A stretch of DNA of 64,000 bases from assembly GCA_964188305.1 (NCBI GenBank), contig OZ076890.1; one strand, 5' to 3'. The position numbers were made by a program, and so were the translations under genes. How positions within the stretch are numbered: the stretch's first letter is position 1; the number at the start of each line of letters is the position of its first letter. The stretch comes from Podarcis bocagei (taxonomy: Eukaryota). A model generated the notes under the pieces. That model worked only from the letters and a program-made list of their open reading frames with translations, ran no database searches and was not told where the DNA came from. Positions 1 through 12,019 of the stretch are shown one piece after another.

Positions 1-530
1 ATATTCTTCTATCATGTCACCTCTTTCTTGCCTGTTATTTAAACTAAAAAGTCCCCAATGCTATAACCTCTCCTTATAGGGCTGTCACTCCACCCCCTTG
101 ATCATTTTTGTTGCCATTTTCTAAACTTTTTACAATATCCTTTTTTAGATGAGGGGACCAGAACTGCATTACAGATGTTGCCCTACCATAGATTTGTATA
201 GAAGCATCTTCACTGGGCTATCCACTATAGCCCCAAGGTCTTGTTCCTGGTCAATCACAATCAGTCAGTGGCGTAGCGTGGGTTGTCAGCACCCAGGGCA
301 AGGCAAGTAATTTGCGCCCACTAACCCGTGGATTTGCGCCCCCTAACCCTAACCCCCAGATGTTGCGCCCGGTGCGGCCACCCCCCCTGCACCCCCCACG
401 CTACGCCACTGCAATCAGTTCAGATACCATATGTGAAATTATTGTTGTCATGCATCACTTTACACACGTTTACTATTCATTTGCTATTTTACCACTCATT
501 CACTTAGTTTGGAGACACCCTTTTTTGGAA
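1..530 (-). mobile_element. Degenerate CR1 LINE fragment, interrupted by a hAT MITE
   Basis: Recognisable antisense CR1 RT-region motifs (gaccagaactgc, ccccaaggtc, cacccccttgatcattttt); no intact ORF. Confidence 0.6.
266..411. mobile_element. hAT-type MITE
   Basis: 17-bp TIR CAGTGGCGTAGCGTGGG / CCCACGCTACGCCACTG; perfect 8-bp TSD CAATCAGT (258-265, 412-419). Confidence 0.9.
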
Positions 531-965
531 TGGAAGGTTTACTGAAGCAGATCACCCTTGAGGTGATTTGTGGAATGAAAGACAGAACACTCACCAAAAA
601 CTAAGCACCTCCATCAGAAAAATTAAGGTAAGTGCAACAGATACCTTGGGAGCCACAGGATTTTCTCTGAAATTTTATTTTCCCTTTGATAATCTTGCAT
701 GCAATTTCTTTTCTTATTAAATGATGCAGACTGGATGGGGGGGGGAATGGCACAGCGTATTCCTTTCATCTGCCTCAATAAATTTGAAGCAGAGGGCAGT
801 TGGCCCTTTTATCCTCACCTTGCTAGGCTCTTCTGTCACCTCTCCTCACAGGGATTCCAAACATCTGACAGGGATAAATCTGTGGTGAATGGGGGAACTC
901 CATGCAGCTCTTCCTACCTGAAGGCAAAGAGCAAACAGAAACTCAGCCAGACTGGGTTGCATCTA

Positions 966-1196
966 CAGTGGTACCTCGGGTTAAGAACTTAATTCATTCT
1001 GGAGGTCCGTTCTTAACCTGAAACTGTTCTTAACCTGAAGTACCACTTTAGCTAATGGGGCCTCCCGCTGCTGCCGCACGATTTCTGTTCTGATCTTGAA
1101 GCAAAGTTCTTAACCTGACGTACTATTTCTGGGTTAGCTGAGTCTGTAACCTGAAGCATCTGTAACCTGAAGCGTCTGTAATCCGAGGTACCACTG
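966..1196 (+). mobile_element. Tigger/pogo-like MITE, family A
   Basis: TIR CAGTGGTACCTCGG...CCGAGGTACCACTG, TA on both sides, internal TAACCTGAA subrepeats; six copies in the window. Confidence 0.9.
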
Positions 1197-1421
1197 TACT
1201 GCTATGGGACAGCAGCCTCCATCACACCTAAGGGCAGCAGGCTAGCTTAGCAGACACAGTGCAGGCAGTGTAGCACATATAACTTTGTTCATCAATATTC
1301 CACCCAGTCAGTATCTACCACCTGAGGCAGGTGCCTAATGGTTGGGGTGGCACTACAAGTAAATTTAAAGGAAGCCTTAGCTCTAAATTGTCTGCAGTGG
1401 TGCTAATTTATCTGCTAGGCA

Positions 1422-1424
<3 letters not shown>

Positions 1425-1463
<39 letters not shown>
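1425..1463. repeat. (TG)n microsatellite
   Basis: Direct reading. Confidence 0.95.
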
Positions 1464-1467
<4 letters not shown>

Positions 1468-3440
1468 ACTCTTTCCCGAGTCTCCATGCCATATTTCTTC
1501 CTACTCTACTTCTGTACAGTGCAGTTCCTATGCAACTTCTACATGACACACCAGGCAACATCCACCTGTCACTTTGGAAGAAGTAGGGTCAAACGCAGTC
1601 TTACAGCCAAGATGGGCCCACATGGAATCACTGTTGGGATCAACAACTACTCTTGCCAATGATGGTAATTAAACCTAAACAGTCCTAAATAAGGAAGACA
1701 TGTTTCCTTATACTGATATTATCAATATGAAGATAAATATAAGAGTTATTTGTTATATTTGTCAGGCTCTGCTGTGCAGAGTCATCCAGAATGAGTATTT
1801 GGAATGCCCATGCAATACCAAGGTAATGAAATATTATGCACTATACCAATGCAGAGAAACAGAAAGAGAGGCTGTAAAAATGTTTTATCCAGTGATTTCA
1901 GTGGATTTTTATTAAGTGATGTCTAGACTCCTGTTCAACTAGCCAAGAGTATTCACAGGTTTTTAAGTCTGCAATTTCAAGTCTTGGAAAACAAATTAAT
2001 ACGTACAGTGTCCACTGTTCAATTTATATTGCCTTTGTACTTTCTTGCAGTACATACACATAGATGTCAGAATATTTTCTTTGGCTATTACTCAGAGTGC
2101 TAAAACTGCTGAAAAAGCAGCCTCTGGAACTGTATTTATCTGCATGACTGCCCATCCCTGGTTTATAAGGTGTACGTTTTATCACAGCTATATATGCCAG
2201 CATCTCAAGTATTTTTCAGTGCAGTTTAGGACACCACTTAATTAACTGAAACAATATGCCTTAATTATGTAATTATTCACAAACCTTCCTTCAGCAATGT
2301 GAGAGGAGCAGAGATCATTAACACCACCCCTAGGAGGAGGGGAGAGAGAGAGAGAACAAGTTCAGCCTTTATTTTTACATTTAGAAAGCCCATCATGATC
2401 GTCAAAGGAGAGCAAGTTTCACCTGAAAATATTGGTATTGGGAGCCTATGAGACTCACAGAAACGGGCAGTGCAATTAAGCTGAACTCACCAGGACTAAA
2501 TCAACGTACATCAAAAACTGAATAGGTATCTGAATTGGGCATAAGTGAGAACTGGTTATGTATTGAACCAATTCTCACTTACCCTTGCTATTATCTGAAA
2601 TTGCATTTGTAAATTGTTTCATAAATGGAAATCAATAAAAAGAGTTATAAAACATATGAGATGATTTAAAAGATCCATTATTGAGGGTGAAAATTTCCTT
2701 AAAGTGCAATGCTATAAATAACTACTCATGAATAGTCCAATGATGCTTACTCCCAGGTAAGTGGGTAGAGGATGGCAGCTTTATTTTGATTTTTAATAAG
2801 CACTGGGATTCTTTTGCACATTTTCTTTTGCTTACAATGATCACAGGCATCAGTCTTCCCAAGAAATTTAGAATGAATGAAAAGGAAGTCCTTTGAAAAC
2901 GCATGTGATATTTTAATGTGCAAATAGGGAAACTGGTTCCCATCACCAAAACTTAAAGTAGTCCCTCTTCCCTCTTTGAATATCTGCCGATTTGGGGGAA
3001 TCCCAGTTTATCAATTTATGATTGAGCTATTCAGTAAAAGGTAGTTTTTAAAGAAAGATTTTTAACGATATACTTAAGCAAGCCCCAAAACCCCCAGGAA
3101 GATTCCAGATTCAGGAGAGTTTTCTGTGCCGTTTATCTTCCGTCTGCCAATAACCTGGTATTGAAAGAAGAACTCAATATTGCAAAGCCCTTTTCAGGCT
3201 TAGCTCCATCAAGTGTACTTTTTGCCCTTTCAAAAATATCTCGTTGAAATGATCTAATGGAGACAGTGTTTAATCATCAAGAGTGACAGGTGCGACTGCA
3301 CCATAAAGTTTAGAACAGAGTGATAGATGAAAACTAATAAAGAGCTTGGGTTCTTTTTTGTTAGCTAAAATAAAGTCCAAAATGTAGTTAGCTTTCAGCA
3401 CTGTTTGCAGTCGGTCTGATGTCACTTCCCACCAGACATC

Positions 3441-3592
3441 NNNNNNNNNNNNNNNNNNNNNNNNNNNNNNNNNNNNNNNNNNNNNNNNNNNNNNNNNNNN
3501 NNNNNNNNNNNNNNNNNNNNNNNNNNNNNNNNNNNNNNNNNNNNNNNNNNNNNNNNNNNNNNNNNNNNNNNNNNNNNNNNNNNNNNNNNNNN
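3441..3592. other. Assembly gap (152 N)
   Basis: Run of N. Confidence 1.
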
Positions 3593-4344
3593 GAGTTGAC
3601 CTGAGTTTCAGGACCCATTTCTTGGGTGACACAAGACTGCTTCTAAAAACAGGTTCTTGACTGTCCCCTGGGAGCTTACCAGCAGGACCTTGGGCCTGTG
3701 ACCCACATAGGCCAGGAAACCATAACCTCTCACAGCTGGATTCCAACTCCCATCAGCCTTGATGATTCACCATGCAAACTGGAGATAATGGACCTGGAGG
3801 CTGACACTATCTCGAGAGTTGTAGGTTCTCCACACCTGGCTAGGCAACTGTAAAGTCCCACAATGGCACTTTGACCGTCTTTATCTAGAACTAGAATGGT
3901 GTTCAATAAATGGAATGGATGTTGATTTACTTGGCAAAACGCATAGACCGTTCAATAAAAACAAATGTACCCCAAAGTGGTCTACACAAATATGTACAGA
4001 AGTTTGGCCACATAGATGCATTCTAGCTGTGTGTGTGTGTGAACATCACTCCCAGTTTTCCATTTGATGCACCTGGGAGGAAGCCCCAATGATGCCAATG
4101 GGACTTAATTTTGAGTGAAAGCTACAGAATTGCACTGTAACTGTCTGAGCTTGTTATAAAATGGTACCATAGAAGTGGGCTGCCTTTGGGTGGCTGGATG
4201 ACTTGTGGCTCCAATTGTCCATCTCAGCCCACCTTTCTTTCTCTTGGGTAGGATTCCTTCTTTCTCTCTTCATGAATGATTGCCACCTTTTTCTTACCTT
4301 GTTATCCTAGGCCTTTGAAAACTGCCTTGTAGTAGGAATCTTGT

Positions 4345-4600
4345 GGACCTCCAGATGTTGTTGTTGAAAGCCAGTTTCCATCAGCCTCAACCAAGCATAG
4401 CTAATGGTCAGGGATGATGGGATTGATAGTCCCACCACATCTGGCAGATACCTTGCCATAGAGGGATATCCAACATGGCACCTTCCAGATGTTTCAAAAT
4501 TTGATTCCCATCACCCCTGACCATTAGCCATGCAGGCTGGAGCTCTTGGGAGTTGCAGTTCAACCACATCTGGGGGGGCACCATGTTGGTTAATGCTGGG
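4345..4600. mobile_element. Two old copies of the palindromic hAT-like MITE (ctccagatgtt...acatctgg)
   Basis: Similarity to the younger copies at 23344 and 39896. Confidence 0.6.
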
Positions 4601-5718
4601 CTAAACACTAACATTTGTCGTTGTTGTGATATATGTAGTGTGAAATATGGTACAGCTTGAAAGTTGCGGCTCAGCATTTTTTGAAATGCTGTGACTAGTT
4701 GCCAACTATCCTATATAACGTCCAATTGAAATCTAAAGCTCCCTTGATGGCTCTATTGTGCAAGATGAAGTCTATCCAAAACCTTTCTCTTGAAATATAT
4801 TTTTCTTTCAGATAAGATAGAAGCCAGAAAAGAGAATATAATGAGGCCCTAATAATACAATAGGGAGTATGCTGTAAATGGGATGCTACAGCCCTGTTTG
4901 AAAGCAGCTAATGCAGATAATCTCCACATTATCTCTTTCTTTTACGTAACTCTCTTTTGAGTTCTTAAGATATATTATGAATTCATGATTAGGACCAGTT
5001 GCCAAATTATACTGTGTCATCTTGTAAAGTATGTCTTTAAATTGAGAGAGCTCGTGTCTTCCCTCCCACTAATGCTAGAGTGCGGAAGACAATCTTACTC
5101 AGCTATGAGTGTTCGCCAAAGAAGAAGAAGACCAGAGCACATAGACCTTCATGTTTTCTGCAATTTTCTCTGCTTTTCGGCATGTACATTTGAAGGTGAC
5201 CGGGTGCTTTGTCCATAAAGATCCCTCATTGTGCCCCCACACCAAAAAACACATTTATGTTGACATTTTTGTTTGAATGAGCATGCATGGCAGTGAAATA
5301 ATGCCCTGTCACTTCTTGGCATATAACTCTAGGTAGATGGGTCATTAGCTTTACTCAGAAAATCATACACAGTACAGCATTTCACAGTGTGTAGCTAATC
5401 ACTTACTTTCTGTCTAAGGTAATGGTCTAAAATGCACTTGTAGCTAGCACCACTGCATTGCTGGCACCAACCATAACTCACTGCAATATGGAACCCTTAA
5501 AACATAAAGGGCCAATGATATGCTTAAGGCAGGAACACTACTTCAGATTGAAGCCAGCCAGGAAAAGAGATGTGTGTGGCATGATGTCATTTGCAGCAAA
5601 TTGCGATCTGGGGTTATACGTGAGATTAAAATGCAAAAATAAGTGGTGAATTTTAGGAAAATAGTTTTGATGGTAAGAGTCATCTAGCAGGGGAACGGAC
5701 TCTCTCGGCAGGTTGTGC

Positions 5719-5887
5719 AGCGGTACCTATTTATCTACTTGCAGTGGTGTGCTTTCAAACTGCTAGGTTGGCAGGAGCTGGGATAGAGCAATGGGAGCTC
5801 ACCCCGTCATGGGGATTCGAATCACTGACCTTCCGATCCGCAAACCCAAGAGGCTTAGTGGTTTAGACCACAGCACCATCTGCGTCC
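5719..5887 (-). mobile_element. Sauria SINE, 5' portion
   Basis: Matches the copies at 26982 and 42561; antisense B-box ggggattcgaa. Confidence 0.85.
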
Positions 5888-6515
5888 ACTAATAATATAA
5901 TCTAATAATACCACTACTAATAACCATTTCCCTACACATAATGAAGTAGGCCTTATGGTGAAGGGTTCTATCTTCCCTTGCATTTAGCTCTATGTGTAAA
6001 AACTCTCCTACTGCATTCAGTGGGGTGAGTCCTCAGCTGTGGTCTAAAGAGGTACATTCCAGGCTCTACTTTACCTTTTTATGTGCTGTTTCTGAGAACC
6101 TGGCTCAGATGATTTTGAGAAACAAATATACGCTGTCTGAACTGGGAAGGGAGTCTCCTACTCTCCCTAAACAGAAAATCTAAACTGGTGTAATGGTTGT
6201 GCGAATTGGTTCTTAGTATCAACATCAACAGGAAATGTTTCCAGACCAAAGTAACAAACTGCACCTTACAACGGCTTCATAATTAGGAAGACACAATTAA
6301 GCATAGGAAACATTGCTCACAATTTAGCAGAGAAAATGTGACTTCAAAAAACAGCAGTGTCATTTAATGCCGTTAATGCCCTGATTCTGAAGACGTTTGC
6401 CTTCTTTCAGTGAGATTCTAGAGGCATGAACAGCAGCCCTTGTTGGGGTGTGTGTGTATGTTCCTAGAATTCCCCACGCTGACCTAGAAGCAATTTTCAA
6501 GCTGTGCATAAAATA

Positions 6516-6684
6516 CCGTATTTTTCGCTCTATAACACACACCCGACCATAACACGCACGTAGCTTTTAGAGGAGGAAAATCCGTAGGCATGCCACCCAT
6601 AGGCATTCCCTCCATAACACGCACAGACATTTCCCCTTACTTTTTAGGAGGAAAAAAGTGAGTGTTATGGTGCAAAAAATACGG
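6516..6684. mobile_element. Short Tc2/pogo-like MITE
   Basis: TIR CCGTATTTTT...AAAAATACGG with TA TSD. Confidence 0.85.
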
Positions 6685-6925
6685 TATTTTATGCATTGGT
6701 TTCTTGCAGTTGGATCTCTGCCTTCAACTTTTGGGGCAGGCAACTTTTGGGTTCTACAGCATTGCACTGGGAACTTTAAGTATGTTGCTGAACAGGTGGC
6801 TGCTGTTGTCAGCTCTGATAATAGCCACTATGTGCGATCAACTCCTTATGTACATATCACTGTTTTGAAAATAGAGAGAGGCACTTTGTTCTGTACTTTG
6901 CTTTGAGAAGTTTGCCCATTTAGAG

Positions 6926-7100
6926 CAGGGATGGGGAACCTTCATCAGCCCGAGGGCCACATTCCCTCTTGGCTAATCTTCCCAGGGTGAGTGAGGCCTG
7001 ATACAAAAGTGGGAGGAGCCAGAGGTGGACAGAGCGGCGGATGTGCACCTTTGTGGAAGCCCAGGCGGATGCATTCAGCTCCAGAGCCTGAGGTTCCTCA
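6926..7100. mobile_element. hAT (Charlie-like) MITE
   Basis: Left end CAGGGATGGGGAACCT, eroded right end AGGTTCCTCA, flanks atttagag/ctttagag. Confidence 0.6.
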
Positions 7101-7199
7101 CTTTAGAGTTTTGAATGGGACATTCCCAAGATGCTCAGAAAGAAGGTGAGAAAGAAGAAAATAGAGATGGGGCAGGACCTTTGTAAAAGGAACTAATGA

Positions 7200-7380
7200 T
7201 CCAGTGGAGAGGTTGGAGCACTGGACAAGGGCCTGGGTTCAAATCCCCACTCAGCCATGAAGCTCACAGGGTGGCCCCACAGGGTTGTTACTGGAATTAA
7301 ATGTGGAGGTGGAGAATCATGCACACCACCTTGAGCTCTTTGGAGAAAAGGTGAGCTAGAAACACAAAAAATAAATCCAT
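7200..7380 (+). mobile_element. Old tRNA-derived SINE (Squam3/MIR-like)
   Basis: B-box GGTTCAAATCCC, core cagccatgaagctcac, A-rich tail; related antisense copy at 44310-44535. Confidence 0.6.
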
Positions 7381-7430
7381 AAATGTAGGTTCATTTTCTG
7401 GTTTGAGATACTTCCTATTGTGTCCTCCGC

Positions 7431-7892
7431 CAGGGACGTGGACTTAGAAAAAATATTGGGGGGGCCCGGGAAAGCTCATGAATAATAAATAAGCTCATGA
7501 ATATGCAAATAAAGTGGCTCCGGCCCTAAATAGGGCAAGCCACGCCCCCCCAGCCAGCCGATTGGCTGGCTGGGAGGTGTGGCCAGTCGGGATTCCCCTG
7601 TTCTCGCGGGATTTCCGGCAGTGCCTTGGCAGTGGCGGTGGTGCTGCGAAGCAGCGAGGCAGGAGCCCCTGCCCCCGGGGATTCCCTAATCTCGCGGGGG
7701 ACGGCCGGGGCTCTCCGATTAGGGCGCGCGGCTGGCTGGCTGGCGAAGGAGCAGGTGGGGAGGAGGCGGGAGACGGCGGCGGCGCTCTGCTGGAAGGGCG
7801 CCCGCCCGAGATTATTGGGGGGGCTGAGCCCCCCAAAAAAATTTTTTGAGGGGGCTCGAGCCCCCTCAAGCCCCATGGAGTTGGCGCCTATG
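7431..7892. mobile_element. Young GC/CpG-rich hAT-type MITE
   Basis: Perfect 8-bp TSD TCCTCCGC (7423-7430, 7893-7900); imperfect TIR CAGGGACGTGGACT / AGTTGGCGCCTATG; a second copy begins at 63952. Confidence 0.85.
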
Positions 7893-8807
7893 TCCTCCGC
7901 ATCAGGGGCAAGTTAGACATTTCTGGAGACCCATTTCTCCTTTCTTACAAATCCTGTACTTACTCTATCCGGTTCAGTGAGGATGTTGTAACCAAGGCAG
8001 CCTTTTGCAGAGTGTTAGTGTGGGATCTAATTCACTACGTGCAAAGCAAGACAGTGCTACGTGTACCGTTCCTATCTATTTAACCAACAGAGGATGAGAG
8101 GCACTAGCTCTAACCCTGTCAATTAGTAAATATGTTATTTCAGTTAAAGTCATTAAGTGCTTGCTTTCTTGATTTACCAACTTTAAAAGGCCAGATTATT
8201 TGGAAAATATATTTTCCAGCCTATTTAATTGCCTCCTCGGAGAGCACTGATTAGCCTTTTCTGACAGTTTAAATGGTAGGTGGGTTAAATGTGTCACAGA
8301 CAGTTGTGACAGAGCTTAACTGAGGGGTGTTATTTGGTGTTCACAGGGCTGTTTTCACATGAGTGTACTTCTCCCATGTGCCCTTTGACGATTCTGCTGC
8401 AATACTATGTGAGGTTTCAGCAGCGTGGAAAGCAGCATCCTGAAGGAATTGGATCAAAACTGGCTACCATAAGAGACTTTCAATTACATGTGGCGTTCAA
8501 GTGGCAAGGCTGCTCATTCTAGCAAATCCCTTTTTATGGCTGCATTGCTTCACAAGAGTGAAAACGAACAGCATAAATATAAATATTATCAAGCAGTTTA
8601 TCAAGCTGCCTGCTCTGAAAGTTTCTAATGAACATATTGTTGCATGCATCCCAATCTCTGATTGGCAAAGAACTTCAGGGTTCCAGTTCTTAAGTGGGGT
8701 TCGGTTCCTTGGAATGAAGGTCATTGTAGACTGTGCTGCCTTTGGGGTATATGGCTTTATTTACAGATGTATACAACCTGAGGATAGGATGGACGCACAG
8801 CATAAAC

Positions 8808-9045
8808 CAGGGGTCAGCAACCTAAGGCCCATGGGCTGGAAGTGGCCTGCAGAGGCCATTTGACCGGCCCCCGAGCTGCCCCCAAACCTAGTTACCCACT
8901 CGCACACTGTGCTAAACCGGCACAGTGCAATGCGGGAGCTCGCTTCTGCGGTGCTGGAAATTGCAGGTGCATGCGTGATCCGGCTCATGGAGGGATCTCT
9001 GTGGGACCAATCCGGCCCAGGCAAGATAAACCTTGCTGACCCCTG
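8808..9045. mobile_element. hAT (Charlie-like) MITE
   Basis: TIR CAGGGGTCAGCAA / TTGCTGACCCCTG; 8-bp TSD GCATAAAC. Confidence 0.9.
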
Positions 9046-10121
9046 GCATAAACAGGGGTCTCGCCTTTCCAATAAGTTCCCAGGAAGATCCGCAAGCCAT
9101 AGCTTTGGGTTCAGCACAAAGCAAGTCAAGCTCTTAGGCCTCCAGCTTCCAGCATTAGTCAAAACTTTCTTTCTCACAAAACTTTCTCACATACAGACCC
9201 TTTGACCTACTGTTCTTCCTCATAGGATGACAGGTGAGGTTGAACAACTATCCATTTGTCTCTATAGCAACAGGGCAACCTCTTTGGACTTAACTTGCCA
9301 GCCAATACTTTAACAAAATAACTGGTTTGGTTGGTTCAACAGTTTTCACCTTATAGCTGGGAGGGGAACGGGAGTCTCCTAAACAACTCTCAGCACTCTT
9401 AACAAACCAGAGTTCCCAGGGATCCTTTTGAGGAAGCCCTGATGACTAAAGTAACAATATAATGCTTTTAGTGCAAGGTGCAGATGTGCCCATAGTCTGA
9501 TTTGTCCACTCCTACTAAGAATCATGTGACAGCTACTTAAAAACTTGCTGCATGGCTGTTGCAATGGAGAGGACATCATCCATAACATTTAGCAAGTTTT
9601 GGGGGGTGGTTCACACACTGAACCTTTAAAGTGTGTTTGAAGCACATCAGTGTCCATTAGCAACCATTCCATGCTACATCTGAATGAGAAATGAGGCAGC
9701 AAGGCCCTCTCTGTCAGTACTTAACTAGGGCCAACTGGCCCCAGCTGGTCACCATCCATTCCGCCCTGGATCAAAAGGAGAGGTTAGACAGCAAGTCCTT
9801 CTCAATGGGCCTGGCTGGGATCAACTGCCCTGGGTCTCCTCCCTACCCAGAACTGCCTCCTGCAGTTACCATTCAACTTGATCATTGTCTTAAGTTCATT
9901 TCCACAGTATAAGAAGCTGCCTTATACCAAGTCAGACTACTGGTTCATCTAGCTTTGTGTTATCAAGCTCTCCAGGATTTCCAGACTTGCCTAGCCCTAC
10001 CTGGAAGGATGAAAGAGTTGGTACTTAAAACTGGCTATTTGCCACTCATTTTGCCATTTCTCTCTCTCCCCCCCCCCACTTTCATGTCATGTCTTTTCAC
10101 AGTGCATTCCTATGACCCTTT

Positions 10122-10516
10122 GGATAGCTCAGCTGATAGAACATGGGACTCTTGATCTCAGGGCTGTGGGTTTGAGCCCCACGTTGGGCAAAAGATTCTT
10201 GCGTTTCAGGTGGTTGCACTAGAGCAGGCATGTCCAACCCCCAAGAGACTGTGATCTACTCCCAGTATAAAAAAAACTGGCAGTGATCTACCCATTGTCA
10301 CTGGAGGGAGAAGGAGCGTGTTTGGAGTGGGTGGATTGCCCAGGGTAGTTGAGCTTTTGGATTGTACAGAGTATTTTTTAGCTCCCCACTCCATAGCTTT
10401 TTGTGCACGATAAGGATCCCGCAATCTACCAGTATCAGCTGGGGATCTCCGGTAGATCACAATCTACTGGTTGGACCAGTGAGCCTTGTGGTCTGTTCCA
10501 ACTCTACAATTCTGTG
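10122..10516 (+). mobile_element. tRNA-Lys(CTT)-headed SINE with CR1-like tail, interrupted by a hAT MITE at about 10225-10478
   Basis: Head GGATAGCTCAGCTGATAGAACATGGGACTCTTGATCTCAGGGCTGTGGGTTTGAGCCCCACGTTGGGC resembles tRNA-Lys-CTT; tail ttccaactctacaattct; insert starts CAGGCATGTCCAACC and ends GGTTGGAC. Confidence 0.8.
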
Positions 10517-11820
10517 TAAGTCTGCACAAAGTGAATCTCACTGAGTTCAATGAGACTTCCAGGTAAGTATGCTAAGAACTGCAGCCTTAGACGTTGAGCC
10601 TTTATTTTAAACTACAATATGCACTGGAAACTTTTGCAGAAAGGTGCTGTATAAAACATAGTAAGTAAAATGAATAAATTCAACATATGTAAGTGACTTA
10701 TATAAACCCCAATGCGACAGCAAATCCCTTAATAGGTTTTCAGCTTTCTGCCATTTGCTTATTGCTTATTGGTCATGCACAGTTTTCTGAGTGAGAGAAA
10801 TTATGGATTCAATACATGTGCATTCTGGAAAGAAGAAAAAACAACCTCAACCACCACAACAAACCCAGACTGTCTAGAAATTGATTCATTTATTTAATAT
10901 TGACTTCATCCATCATCTTGGGCTAGTGAAATAAAACAACAACAACAATTTTAAGCTCCAAATTATGCTGTTGTTCATAAACCAAATACCTTCAGAGAAA
11001 TGAGGAAAAGGCTCCCCAAAATAAATGTGGGGACAAAGGCAATAAAAATCCCAATTAGGTTACAGTATATATACTGGAATCATTCTGATACGTTAAAGAT
11101 TGTCAGATATTTTTATTACAGAATTTAGTGTTGTCACTGTCTGGGGTGGGAGTGGGGAATGGGCTTTATTGAAAAATGCACAGGAGGCCAAAGCTAAGAT
11201 GGTTTTCTGTCGTATGGAAGAAGTTTGTTGTTTGTAATTCTGCAGTTTCCTTTCTGCAGATCTCTTCCCTGGACAAACAGCTTGAACCCAGCAATGTCTT
11301 TGCACAATTAATTATTGTCCGTAACGGCACTTGGGCCTCATTGATGGTAATATAAGACTAAGGGCACTATCTATCTCAATAATTCTGCTACTGCCAGCAC
11401 TTTTGGCTATGCAATGCAACCTCTCCTCCTTCTCCTCTTCCCGTGTACAGTATGGATTTGGAGGCATTGGGCAGGGAGATGAGAAGGTAAGGAAGTTCCA
11501 TTACATAGCCCAAAGCAGAGGTGGATGGTTTGGTCACATTGGGCGTAGAGACTTGGGCGTGCTGCAACTATGTTGTAGAATGGAAGGTGAGAGGCAGGGG
11601 GCACCAAATTTTTGTATTGTACAGGATGCTACTGAAATTTGAGACCCCCAAGGTCCACCACTGCCAACTGGTGGCACTAGTTTGTTGGATACTGCTCAAC
11701 AGGGCATCTCAACAGGGACTGACAGGGGCACTATCAAATGCTGGATCTAGGCACAACAAAGAAGCGTTTCAGTTTTAAACTTTGTATGAGAAATCGGGTT
11801 GGTAAAAATGGAGCTCCACA

Positions 11821-11913
11821 GCAGGGACCGAGCAATGGGAGCTCACCCCGTCACGGGGATTTGAACCGCCAACCTTCTGATCAGCAAGCCCAAGGCTCAG
11901 TGGTTTAGACCCA
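11821..11913 (-). mobile_element. Sauria SINE head fragment
   Basis: Similarity to the other Sauria copies in the window. Confidence 0.8.
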
Positions 11914-12019
11914 GTGGAGACCATTATTCCCCTCACAAAACTGTGAGAATGTTCAGGGTGGCAGGAGAGGATATATTGTTTGTTAATATCCTTCCTAACT
12001 TGCGTTAGCAAGCTTCTTT

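Noticed and set aside
341-356. Telomeric CCCTAA repeats
   Set aside because: Only about 2.5 units, internal to a MITE; not an interstitial telomere.
3270-3746. ORFs spanning the N run
   Set aside because: Artefacts of translating the assembly gap.
7495-7916. Four overlapping ORFs and a CpG-island-like appearance
   Set aside because: Entirely within a TSD-bounded hAT MITE, so not a host gene promoter or CDS.
10122-10190. tRNA-Lys gene
   Set aside because: Mutated stems and boxes, followed directly by a SINE body and tail; it is a SINE head.
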